Counted from the first letter of the stretch, positions 18,300-26,303 are shown. The stretch is DNA of 32,000 nucleotides from Paracoccus suum (GCF_003324675.1 NZ_CP030918.1:1950001-1982000), one strand, 5' to 3'. Notes: generated by a model from the sequence alone, not told the origin. Made by a program: numbers and translations.

Positions 18300-18322
18300 C
18301 TTGGCCTGCCCCGAGGAACAGC

Positions 18323-18958
18323 ATGAACTTTGACTTTACCACCCTCGGCCCGGACGAGCGTTACCGGCTGCTGACCAATTTCGTCGGTCCGCGGCCCATC
18401 GCTCTCGTCTCAACCCGGGGCACGTCCGGCGGCACCAACGCCGCGCCGATGAGCTTTTTCAACGTGTTTTCGCACGAACCGCCGATCGTCGTGCTGGGTA
18501 TCCAGACCCGGCCCGACGGAGCCATCAAGGATACGGTGCGCAATATCCGTGAGACGGGTGAGTTCGCGGTCAACATGGTCGATATGGCCCTGGCGCCCGG
18601 AATGCTGATCTGCGGGCTACCCTTCGACGCCGAAGTGGACGAAATCGCAACCGCCGGCCTGACCGCTGCCGAAGGCGTGCTGACCGGCGCGCCGTGGATC
18701 GCAGAGGCGCCGGTCGCGATGGAATGCGAGGTCGAGCAGCTGATCGACTATGACCGGCGGGTGCTCGTTCTTGGGCGCGTGGTGCACATGCATGTGCGGC
18801 GGGACTGCCTCGACGCCGAGGGGCGCTATGTCGATCCGGCCACCTACCAGCCGATCGCCCGACTGCATGCAGACAATTATGTCACGAGCGATCGCCAGAT
18901 CGTCCTGAAGGCGCCGGACATCGCCACCATCACCCCGGTGCGTGAGGTGCGCCAATGA
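18323..18958 (+). CDS. Flavin reductase-like FMN-binding protein (DIM6/NTAB family)
   Basis: Track ORF 18020..18958 trimmed to the ATG at 18323. MNFDFTTLGPDERYRLLTNFVGPRPIALVSTRG...NAAPMSFFN..SHEPP is typical of PF01613-type flavin reductases. Confidence 0.8.
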   Translation: MNFDFTTLGPDERYRLLTNFVGPRPIALVSTRGTSGGTNAAPMSFFNVFSHEPPIVVLGIQTRPDGAIKDTVRNIRETGEFAVNMVDMALAPGMLICGLPFDAEVDEIATAGLTAAEGVLTGAPWIAEAPVAMECEVEQLIDYDRRVLVLGRVVHMHVRRDCLDAEGRYVDPATYQPIARLHADNYVTSDRQIVLKAPDIATITPVREVRQ

Positions 18959-19695
18959 TCATCCATGTGGTTAACCCGAACTCGACCGCCGCGATGACCG
19001 AAAAGGCGCGGCTTGCGGCGGTAGCTTGCGCGGCGCCCGGCACGCGGATCATGGCCGGCAACCCCCGCGGCACGCCCGCCAGCATCGAGGGCCATGCCGA
19101 CGAGGCGGTCGCCGTGCCGGCCATGCTTGCCCTTATCGCCGAGGCCGAGGCCGAGGGCGCGGACGCCCATGTCATCGCCTGCTTTGACGATCCCGGCCTG
19201 CACGCCGCGCGCGAGATTGCCGAGGGGCCCGTCATCGGCATCTGCCAGGCCGGGATGCAGGTCGCGATGAGCATCGCAGCCCGCTTTTCGATCGTGACCA
19301 CGCTGCCCCGCTCGGTCCCGATCATCGAGGATCTGGTCGCGGCTTACGGCGCCGGTCACCACTGCCGCCGCGTCCGCGCTGCCGATCTGGAGGTGCTGGC
19401 GCTGGAATCGGACCCGGTCGACGCCTATCGCAAGATCGCCGCCCAGATTCGCATGGCACGCGATGAGGACGGGGCCGAGGCGGTGGTCCTGGGCTGTGCC
19501 GGGATGACCGACCTTGCCGACCGACTGGCGCGCGAGACGGGGATCCCGGTGATCGAGAGCGTCACCGCCGCAGTCAAGTTGGCCGAGGCGCTCGCCGCCG
19601 CGCAGTTCCGCACGTCGAAAGTTGGCAGCTACGCTTTTCCGCGGCAGAAAGCCGGCGGGGCGGCGCAGGGCCTGGTCGCGAACCTCGCGCACTGA
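18955..19695 (+). CDS. Asp/Glu/hydantoin racemase family protein (HyuE/allantoin racemase-like)
   Basis: Track ORF of 246 aa with an ATGA overlap onto the flavin reductase gene. MIIHVVNPNST..M, VIACFDDPGL and VLGCAGMTDL are family-typical, including the two catalytic-Cys contexts. Confidence 0.8.
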   Translation: MIIHVVNPNSTAAMTEKARLAAVACAAPGTRIMAGNPRGTPASIEGHADEAVAVPAMLALIAEAEAEGADAHVIACFDDPGLHAAREIAEGPVIGICQAGMQVAMSIAARFSIVTTLPRSVPIIEDLVAAYGAGHHCRRVRAADLEVLALESDPVDAYRKIAAQIRMARDEDGAEAVVLGCAGMTDLADRLARETGIPVIESVTAAVKLAEALAAAQFRTSKVGSYAFPRQKAGGAAQGLVANLAH

Positions 19696-19699
19696 GCGC

Positions 19700-20749
19700 C
19701 TAGTCGGGGCGCACCCCAACCAGAAACGCATCGAGGCAATCGCCGATCGCCTCGATGGCATAGCCGCCCTCCTGCACGACGAGGGTCGGCAGCCGCAGAT
19801 CGCCGACGGCTGCGCCGATCGCCTCGAAATCAGCCGCCTCGAGTGCAAGGGCGCCGATTGGATCATCGCGATGCGCGTCATAACCCAGCGCCACGACCAG
19901 TGCGTCGGCGCCAAAGGCGCGGATATGGCCGCTGGCATGGCCGAGCGCATCGAGCATGGCCAGCGTCTCACTGCCATGCGGCAGCGGCAGGTTCAGGTTG
20001 GCCCCCAGGCCGGGGCCATGGCCGCGCTCGGCCGAATAGCCGGTATAGAACGGATAGTAATTGTCCGGATCGGCATGAACGGACACGGTCAGCACATCGG
20101 GCCGGCTATAGAAAATCTGCTGTGTTCCGTCGCCATGATGGGCGTCGACGTCGAGGATCGCGACCCGGCCGAACCGCTGGCGCAGGTGCTGCGCGGCGAT
20201 GGCGGTGTTGTTCAGATAGCAAAAGCCCGACGCGCGGTCGGCCCGCGCATGGTGACCCGATGGGCGGCACAAGGCATAGGCCAGGGCCGCGCCGTCCAGC
20301 ACCGCTTGCGCCCCGGCAAGCGCGGTATCGGCCGAGCGGCGGGCCGATTGCCACAGATGGGGGCCGACAGGCACCGACAGATCGCCCAAATACCAGCCAA
20401 GTTGGCCCAGGAACCCGGTCGCGGGGCAGGGCGGGCGGGCCTTCTGCTCGGGGCGGCCGCTCCAGTAAGGGAACGTGGCCGGCCAGACCTCGGGCCCGCG
20501 CTCGGGCGGCAGGTCCTGCCAGCGGTCCCAGGCGGTGGCCAGGAAGTCGACATAATCGGGCGTGTGGACCGCGGTGACCGGCTCGAGGCCAAAATCGGCC
20601 GGCGCCTCGGGCGCAATGGCGTGCCGCGCGAGCGCGCCCAGCAGACGCTCGGTCCGCTCGGGCAGGTCCTTGGGCGTCACGACGCTGCCGAAGCGCATGT
20701 ATTGCAGCGGCGTGTGAAGGGCCTGATCCGGGTGATAAAAGGCGCGCAT
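19700..20749 (-). CDS. Histone deacetylase-family amidohydrolase (acetylpolyamine amidohydrolase AphA-like)
   Basis: Track ORF of 349 aa with a CAGGGGAC RBS upstream. Motifs CRPSGHHA, ILDVDAHHGDGTQ and VVQEGGY match the HDAC/APAH zinc-site architecture. Confidence 0.85.
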   Translation of the reverse strand: MRAFYHPDQALHTPLQYMRFGSVVTPKDLPERTERLLGALARHAIAPEAPADFGLEPVTAVHTPDYVDFLATAWDRWQDLPPERGPEVWPATFPYWSGRPEQKARPPCPATGFLGQLGWYLGDLSVPVGPHLWQSARRSADTALAGAQAVLDGAALAYALCRPSGHHARADRASGFCYLNNTAIAAQHLRQRFGRVAILDVDAHHGDGTQQIFYSRPDVLTVSVHADPDNYYPFYTGYSAERGHGPGLGANLNLPLPHGSETLAMLDALGHASGHIRAFGADALVVALGYDAHRDDPIGALALEAADFEAIGAAVGDLRLPTLVVQEGGYAIEAIGDCLDAFLVGVRPD

Positions 20750-20876
20750 CTAGTCCCCTGATTTGTCGGCCGCGCCCCTCGGCTGGGCGTCACAGTAACG
20801 TCACGATGTCGGGTTGCAACGCTGCGTTCAACCTCTACAGTCGACAACCAGGATCGCGAAGCGTGCGGGGGATGAC

Positions 20877-21620
20877 GTGGCCGATCTGCTGAACTTGTCG
20901 AATGTGACGGTCCGCTTTGGCGGCTTGACCGCGCTGAAGGACATCTCGCTGGCGCTACCGCAGGGCAGCGCGCTGGGCCTGCTGGGCCCGAATGGCGCGG
21001 GAAAGACGACGCTTTTCAACGTTATCGCCGGCGCGGTGCGCCCGACCGAGGGGCGGGTCGTCTTTGACGGGCGCGACATCACCGCGGCCAGCAGCAGCGC
21101 GCGCAGCGGCGGCGGCATCGCCCGCACCTTCCAGATCACCCAACCCTTCACCAGCCTGACGGTGCGCGAAAACGTCATGGTCGCGCTGACTGCCGCAGGC
21201 ATGGCCATGCGCGGTGCCTTTTCAGCGGCCGTCGAATATGTCGGCTTTGTCGGCCTGCGCGCCAAGATTGACGAGAGCGCGGCCAGCCTCAGCACCGGAC
21301 AGCGCAAGCGGCTTGAACTGGCGCGCGCCTTGGCGACGCGCCCCAAGCTGCTGCTGCTGGACGAGGTCACAGGCGGCGTCGATCGCCCCTCGATCCCCGG
21401 TCTGGTCGAGACGATCCGCCAGTTGCACGCCGAGCGCGACCTGACGCTGGTGGTGGTCGAGCATCACATGGATTTTCTGAAGGCGCTCGTGGACCGGGCG
21501 ATGTTCCTCGATCGCGGAGCGCATGTCCTCTCGGGCAGCTTTGCTGAGGTCGCGGCCGATCCTCGGGTACGCGACATCTACTTGGGCGATCCGCTCGAGC
21601 TGGAGGCTGCCGATGCTTGA
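20877..21620 (+). CDS. HAAT-family (LivG-type) ABC transporter ATP-binding protein
   Basis: Track ORF 20814..21620 begins at a TTG. I prefer the in-frame GTG at 20877 behind GGGGGA. Walker A GPNGAGKTT, signature LSTGQRKRLELARAL, Walker B LLLLDEV. The 5' end is uncertain. Confidence 0.8.
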   Translation: MADLLNLSNVTVRFGGLTALKDISLALPQGSALGLLGPNGAGKTTLFNVIAGAVRPTEGRVVFDGRDITAASSSARSGGGIARTFQITQPFTSLTVRENVMVALTAAGMAMRGAFSAAVEYVGFVGLRAKIDESAASLSTGQRKRLELARALATRPKLLLLDEVTGGVDRPSIPGLVETIRQLHAERDLTLVVVEHHMDFLKALVDRAMFLDRGAHVLSGSFAEVAADPRVRDIYLGDPLELEAADA

Positions 21621-22323
21621 GATGGACGGGATCGACGTACGCTATGGCGCGACGCAGGTGCTGTGGGACGTCTCGCTGCGCGTCGGCGCCGGCGAGGTGG
21701 TGGCGGTGATGGGGCCGAACGGCTCTGGCAAGAGCACGGTCCTGAAGGTTGCAATGGGCCTCAAGACGCCGTCGGCGGGGCGCGTGGTGTTTGAGGGCGC
21801 CGATCTGACCCGCGCCCCGGCAACTGCCCGCCCCGGCGCCGGCATGAGCATCGTGCTGGAGCGTCGGCGCCTGTTTCCGCGCATGAGCCTGCGCGAGAAC
21901 ATCGAGATCGGCGGCTTCGTCCTGCCCCGCGCCGAGGCCCGCGCCCAGATGGAGGGGGTGCTGGCGCTTTTCCCTGAACTGGTGCCGCATCTGGAGGCGA
22001 GCGCCGGCCGCCTCAGCGGCGGGCAGCAGCAGATGGCGGCCATCGCCCGTGGGCTGATGGCAAAACCACGTCTGCTGCTGATGGACGAGCCGCTGCTGGG
22101 CCTGTCACCGGCGCTGCAGACCCGTGCCTTTCAGTTGATGGCCGACATCAACGCCCGCGGGGTCGCCATTCTCTTCAACGAACAAAATGCCGCGCTGTCC
22201 TTCCGGCTGAGCCATCGCGGCTATCTGCTGGAATCGGGCCGCGTGGTGCTGACCGGATCGGGAACCGACATGCTGAACCACCCTGAAATCCGCCGCGTTT
22301 ACCTGGGCGAGGCCGCGGCGTGA
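21613..22323 (+). CDS. HAAT-family (LivF-type) ABC transporter ATP-binding protein
   Basis: Track ORF 21523..22323 trimmed to the ATG at 21613, which overlaps the livG-type stop by 8 nt. MLEMDGIDVRYG, Walker A GPNGSGKST, signature LSGGQQQM, Walker B LLLMDEP. Confidence 0.85.
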   Translation: MLEMDGIDVRYGATQVLWDVSLRVGAGEVVAVMGPNGSGKSTVLKVAMGLKTPSAGRVVFEGADLTRAPATARPGAGMSIVLERRRLFPRMSLRENIEIGGFVLPRAEARAQMEGVLALFPELVPHLEASAGRLSGGQQQMAAIARGLMAKPRLLLMDEPLLGLSPALQTRAFQLMADINARGVAILFNEQNAALSFRLSHRGYLLESGRVVLTGSGTDMLNHPEIRRVYLGEAAA

Positions 22324-22336
22324 GGGGTGGCGGCCA

Positions 22337-23212
22337 ATGACCGGTGCGATGCTGATCGAAACGCTGCTGAACGGCCTGATCACCGGCAGCATCTACGCCC
22401 TCGTCGGGTCCGGGATCGCACTGATCTATGGCACCACGCGGGTGCTGAACTTTGCCCATGGCGAGGCGATGATGATCGCCGCCTATCTGGTGCTAATCGG
22501 CAGCACGGCGCTGGGCCTGCCGCCGGTGGTGGCCGCGCTGGGCGCGATCGTGCTTACCATGGCGGCCGCGGCGCTGATGCAGCGGGTCATCATCGCACCG
22601 ATCATGGGCCGCGACGACTGGGCCTTCCGCATCATCGCCGTCACCATCGGTCTGTCCATCTTTCTGCAAAGCGCGGCCCAACTGATCTGGGGCGAGAGTT
22701 TTCAGGGCATGCCCTATTTCTTCGAGGGGGTGCTGGTCATCGGCCCGGTGCGCATGCCCTGGCAGCGGATCGCGATCCTGGTCGTGGCCGGGCTGGCGTT
22801 GGGGCTGTCGGCCTGGCTGCTGTACCGCACCCGGCTGGGGCAGATGATCCGCGCGACTGCGCAGGATGCCGAGGCCGCCCAGGCCTTTGGCATTCCCGCA
22901 GGCCGGGTTCACACCATGGTCTTTGCCATGTCGGCCGGCCTTGCCGCCGTCGGCGCGATAATGCTGGCGCCGCTGATGTCGGTGAACCCGTGGATGGGCG
23001 TGCCTTACCTGCTCAAGGCCTTTGCCGTGGTGATCCTCGGCGGCCTCGGCAGCTTTGGCGGGGCGGTGCTGGCCGGCTTGCTGCTGGGCGTCGTCGAGAG
23101 CTTTGCCGTTGCCTTCACCGCCAGCGAGTGGCGGGACGTGATCTCGTTCGGGCTGCTGATCGCGGTCATCTGGGTCAGGCCCTATGGCCTCTTCCGCGGA
23201 CGCGAGGGCTAG
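22337..23212 (+). CDS. HAAT-family (LivH-type) ABC transporter permease
   Basis: Track ORF of 291 aa. LLNGLITGSIYALVGSGIALIYGTTRVLNFAHGE is the classic LivH N-terminus. Confidence 0.85.
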   Translation: MTGAMLIETLLNGLITGSIYALVGSGIALIYGTTRVLNFAHGEAMMIAAYLVLIGSTALGLPPVVAALGAIVLTMAAAALMQRVIIAPIMGRDDWAFRIIAVTIGLSIFLQSAAQLIWGESFQGMPYFFEGVLVIGPVRMPWQRIAILVVAGLALGLSAWLLYRTRLGQMIRATAQDAEAAQAFGIPAGRVHTMVFAMSAGLAAVGAIMLAPLMSVNPWMGVPYLLKAFAVVILGGLGSFGGAVLAGLLLGVVESFAVAFTASEWRDVISFGLLIAVIWVRPYGLFRGREG

Positions 23213-23216
23213 GACC

Positions 23217-24206
23217 ATGACCGAGATGCTCGGCCGGCGACCCGGCCTGACCCTGCTTGCGATGCTGGCCCTGTTGGCCGCCCTGCCGGTGATCGTGCAT
23301 GACCCCTATCCGCTGCATATCATGACGCTGTTCCTGCTGTTCGCGATCTTTGCGTCAGGCTGGAATTTGACCCTGGGCATTCTGGGGCTGAAGACGCTGG
23401 GCCATCACGCCTTCTTCGCCATCGGCGCCTATGCCTCGGCGATGCTGTCGTTCTATGCCGGGATTTCGCCCTGGCTGACGATCTGGGCAGGCGCGGCGAC
23501 GGCGATGCTGGCCGGTCTGCTGATCGGCATTCCGATCCTACGCATCCGCTCCATGCCGCATGTGGCCATCGTGACCCTCGCCTTTGCCGAGATCGTGCGA
23601 CTCGTGCTGGCCAACCTCAAGGACTGGACCCGCGGCGAGTTGGGCTTTTGGGGGATCGAGGCGATGCCGTCCCTGCACCTCGGCGGGACCGAACTGGCCT
23701 TCGGGACCGGCAAGCCGCTCGGCAGCTATCTGCTGGCGCTGGTGTTCTTTGCTTTGGTCCATGTCGGGCTGCTGGCGCTGCTGCGCGGCCGGGTCGGGCT
23801 GACTCTGGTCGCCATGCGCGACAGCGAAACCGCGGCCGAAAGCCTCGGCGTCGATCTGACCCGCTGGAAACTGGGGGCATTCGCCCTCAGCGCCGCCATC
23901 GTCGGGTTTTCGGGCGCGCTCTATGCCCATTACGTGCAAATCCTGACGCCGACCTCGACCGTCGGACCCGAGATGCTCGTCAGCCTGCTGGCGATGATTA
24001 TCGTCGGCGGGGTCGGCCGGTTCCTCGGCCCGGTTCTGGGCGCGGCGCTGCTGACGGTTCTGGGCGAGGTGCTGCGCGAGTTCGGCGATTACCGGATGCT
24101 GCTCTACGGCGGCATCGTCGTGCTGTTCGTGCTGGCCGCCCCGCGGGGCATCGCCGGCTGGCTGGACGCCATCTCGCTCTGGCGCGCAGACCGCAAACCG
24201 TCCTGA
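23217..24206 (+). CDS. HAAT-family (LivM-type) ABC transporter permease
   Basis: Track ORF 23184..24206 trimmed to the ATG at 23217, 4 nt after the upstream stop. Multi-TM protein; GHHAFFAIGAYASA and ESLGVDLTRWKL are LivM-typical. Confidence 0.85.
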   Translation: MTEMLGRRPGLTLLAMLALLAALPVIVHDPYPLHIMTLFLLFAIFASGWNLTLGILGLKTLGHHAFFAIGAYASAMLSFYAGISPWLTIWAGAATAMLAGLLIGIPILRIRSMPHVAIVTLAFAEIVRLVLANLKDWTRGELGFWGIEAMPSLHLGGTELAFGTGKPLGSYLLALVFFALVHVGLLALLRGRVGLTLVAMRDSETAAESLGVDLTRWKLGAFALSAAIVGFSGALYAHYVQILTPTSTVGPEMLVSLLAMIIVGGVGRFLGPVLGAALLTVLGEVLREFGDYRMLLYGGIVVLFVLAAPRGIAGWLDAISLWRADRKPS

Positions 24207-24231
24207 CACCGCTTCATCAAGGGGAACAACC

Positions 24232-25458
24232 ATGCTGACACGTTTGCTTGCCACCAGTGCGCTCGCCCTGGCTACATTCGCGCCGCTGACTGCCCTTGCG
24301 GCCGATGACATTCCGATCGGCGGCATTGCCCCGCTGACCGGCCCGGCCGCCAACTCGGGCGAGGCGCTCCGTCAGGGGATGGAGCTTGCGGTCAAGGAAT
24401 GGAACGAGGGCAAGGGCGACTATGCCAAGGCCGAGGGACCGCATCCGACCTTCAAACTGACGGTCGAGGATAACAACTCGAAGCCCGAGGTCGGGGTCAG
24501 CGCCGCGCAGCGGATGGTCACGCGCAATGGCATCAAGCTGTTGATCGGCGACGCGCTGCACAGCCACGTCACCATGGCCCTGATGGAGCTTGCGCCCCAG
24601 TTCAACCTGCCGATCATCAGCGCCGAGCCGGTCAGCACGCTGATCGCCGACAAGGTCAAATCCGACCCGGAAAAGTATGCGCTCTACTGGAAGGGAAATT
24701 ACAACAGCAGCGCCTATGGCGAGACGGTCCACGACTTCGTCAAATATGCGATCGACAAGGGCCTGATCGCCGAAGGCGGCAAGAAGCTCGCGTTTGTGAT
24801 CGAAGACACCGACTACGGCCACTCGAACGCCGACACGATCACTCAGCTGTTCGAGGCGGACGGCTGGACGGTCGCGGCCAGCGAGGCGGTCCCGGCGGGC
24901 AGCACCGATTTCTATCCGCAGTTGACCAAACTGAAGGGCGTGGCGCCGGACCTGACGGTCTCGGTCTTCACGGCCGTCAACTCGGGCGTATCGCTGGTCA
25001 AGCAGATGTCCGAGCAGGCGCTGCCCGGCCGGCACATGGCGATCTACTATCCGACCAAGCCCGAGTTCATGGCCCAGGTGGGCCCGGCCGGCGAGGGGTT
25101 GGTGTGGACCTCGCTGCAGTTCGCACCCGAGGTGGTCCCGGCCCACAAGGCCTTTGACGAGCGCGTCCAGGCCGCCTACGGCAACCCCGCGACCTACAGC
25201 CACGCCCACGCCTATTGCGTGACTGAGATCGGCATGCGCGCGATCGAGACCGCCGGCAGTACCGACCCCAGGGCGATTTCCGAAGCCATCGGTGCAACTG
25301 ACTACAATTGTCTGATCGGCCGGTTCAAATTCGATCCCGCCAACCACACGGTGCTGGGCGGGGGGGAATACCTGCCGCTGCCGGTCGCACAGATCCAGAA
25401 TGGTAAGAACCAGCTGATCTGGCCCGAGGCCAACGCCACTGCACCGGCGGTGAAGTAA
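24232..25458 (+). CDS. Periplasmic substrate-binding protein, LivK/Peripla_BP_6 type
   Basis: Track ORF of 408 aa behind an AAGGGGA RBS. Signal peptide MLTRLLATSALALATFAPLTALAADD. IPIGGIAPLTGPAA is typical of type-I amino-acid/amide SBPs. Confidence 0.82.
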   Translation: MLTRLLATSALALATFAPLTALAADDIPIGGIAPLTGPAANSGEALRQGMELAVKEWNEGKGDYAKAEGPHPTFKLTVEDNNSKPEVGVSAAQRMVTRNGIKLLIGDALHSHVTMALMELAPQFNLPIISAEPVSTLIADKVKSDPEKYALYWKGNYNSSAYGETVHDFVKYAIDKGLIAEGGKKLAFVIEDTDYGHSNADTITQLFEADGWTVAASEAVPAGSTDFYPQLTKLKGVAPDLTVSVFTAVNSGVSLVKQMSEQALPGRHMAIYYPTKPEFMAQVGPAGEGLVWTSLQFAPEVVPAHKAFDERVQAAYGNPATYSHAHAYCVTEIGMRAIETAGSTDPRAISEAIGATDYNCLIGRFKFDPANHTVLGGGEYLPLPVAQIQNGKNQLIWPEANATAPAVK

Positions 25459-25464
25459 CACGAC

Positions 25465-25492
25465 CCGGGCCGGCCTCCAATGGCCGGCCCGG
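25465..25492 (+). terminator. GC-rich stem-loop (11-bp perfect stem, 6-nt loop) 6 nt after the SBP stop. Candidate terminator or attenuator with only a weak T tract.
   Basis: Read directly: CCGGGCCGGCC tccaat GGCCGGCCCGG, followed by acatccttta. Confidence 0.5.
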
Positions 25493-25520
25493 ACATCCTT
25501 TAGGGCAAACGCGAGGGGAC

Positions 25521-26135
25521 ATGGATTTCATCGGCAGCGAGGACGAACTGCAGGCGATCTATGGCGCGCCCATGCAGGTGGCACTGACCAAGGTCTCCAG
25601 CAGCCTGACGCCGACTTATCGGCGCTGGGTCGAGGCCGCGCGGTTCTGCGTCATCGCCACGGTCGGGCACGAGGGGACGGACGCCTCGCCACGAGGGGAT
25701 GACGGACCGGTGGCGCGGATCCTCGACGAGCGGACCTTTGCGATCCCCGACTGGACTGGCAACAATCGCATCGATTCGATGCGTAACCTTGTCCGGGATC
25801 CGCGCCTGTCGATCATGTTCATGGTCTCTGGATCGGGAAACGTGGTGCGCGTCAACGGTCTTGGCCGGATCACCGCCGACCCGGATTTCTGCGCCAGCTT
25901 TGCCCGTCACAACGCCGCCGGCGCGCTGACGCCGCGCACCGTGATGATCGTTCAGGTCGGCGAGGTCTACATGCAGTGCAGCCGGGCGATCCTACGCTCG
26001 AGAATATGGGGCGGCCAGGCGGCGCCCGAGGGGCTGCCAACGCAGGGCGACATGCTGGCCGCGAACTCGTCCGAACTTGATGCGCGAACCTATGACGAGG
26101 GCTGGGCGGTGCGCGGACCTGCCAACCTGTGGTAA
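25521..26135 (+). CDS. Pyridoxamine 5'-phosphate oxidase-related FMN-binding protein (PPOX class, MSMEG_1061-like)
   Basis: Track ORF of 204 aa behind a GAGGGGA RBS. FCVIATVGHEGTDASPRGD...IPDWTGNNRIDSMRNL..DPRLSIMFMV.G....RVNG matches this family as I recall it. Confidence 0.7.
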   Translation: MDFIGSEDELQAIYGAPMQVALTKVSSSLTPTYRRWVEAARFCVIATVGHEGTDASPRGDDGPVARILDERTFAIPDWTGNNRIDSMRNLVRDPRLSIMFMVSGSGNVVRVNGLGRITADPDFCASFARHNAAGALTPRTVMIVQVGEVYMQCSRAILRSRIWGGQAAPEGLPTQGDMLAANSSELDARTYDEGWAVRGPANLW

Positions 26136-26221
26136 CGGACCCGCAGCACGCATGCCCACCCCCCGCGCGCGCCGTCACGGCGCCGTCACGCGGATGCGTT
26201 AACGCGCATATATACGGAGGC

Positions 26222-26249
26222 TTGTCAGCCTTCAGACGCGAGATATAGT
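26222..26249 (+). promoter_or_regulatory. Sigma-70-like promoter: -35 TTGTCA, 16-nt spacer, -10 TATAGT
   Basis: Read directly: cTTGTCAgccttcagacgcgagaTATAGTc. It sits ~55 nt upstream of the HNH gene ATG, in an unusually AT-rich patch for this genome. Confidence 0.45.
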
Positions 26250-26303
26250 CACGCCAAGCGCGGCCATCCGCGATGCGGAAGGTCGCCCAAGGGGACGGAC
26301 CTT

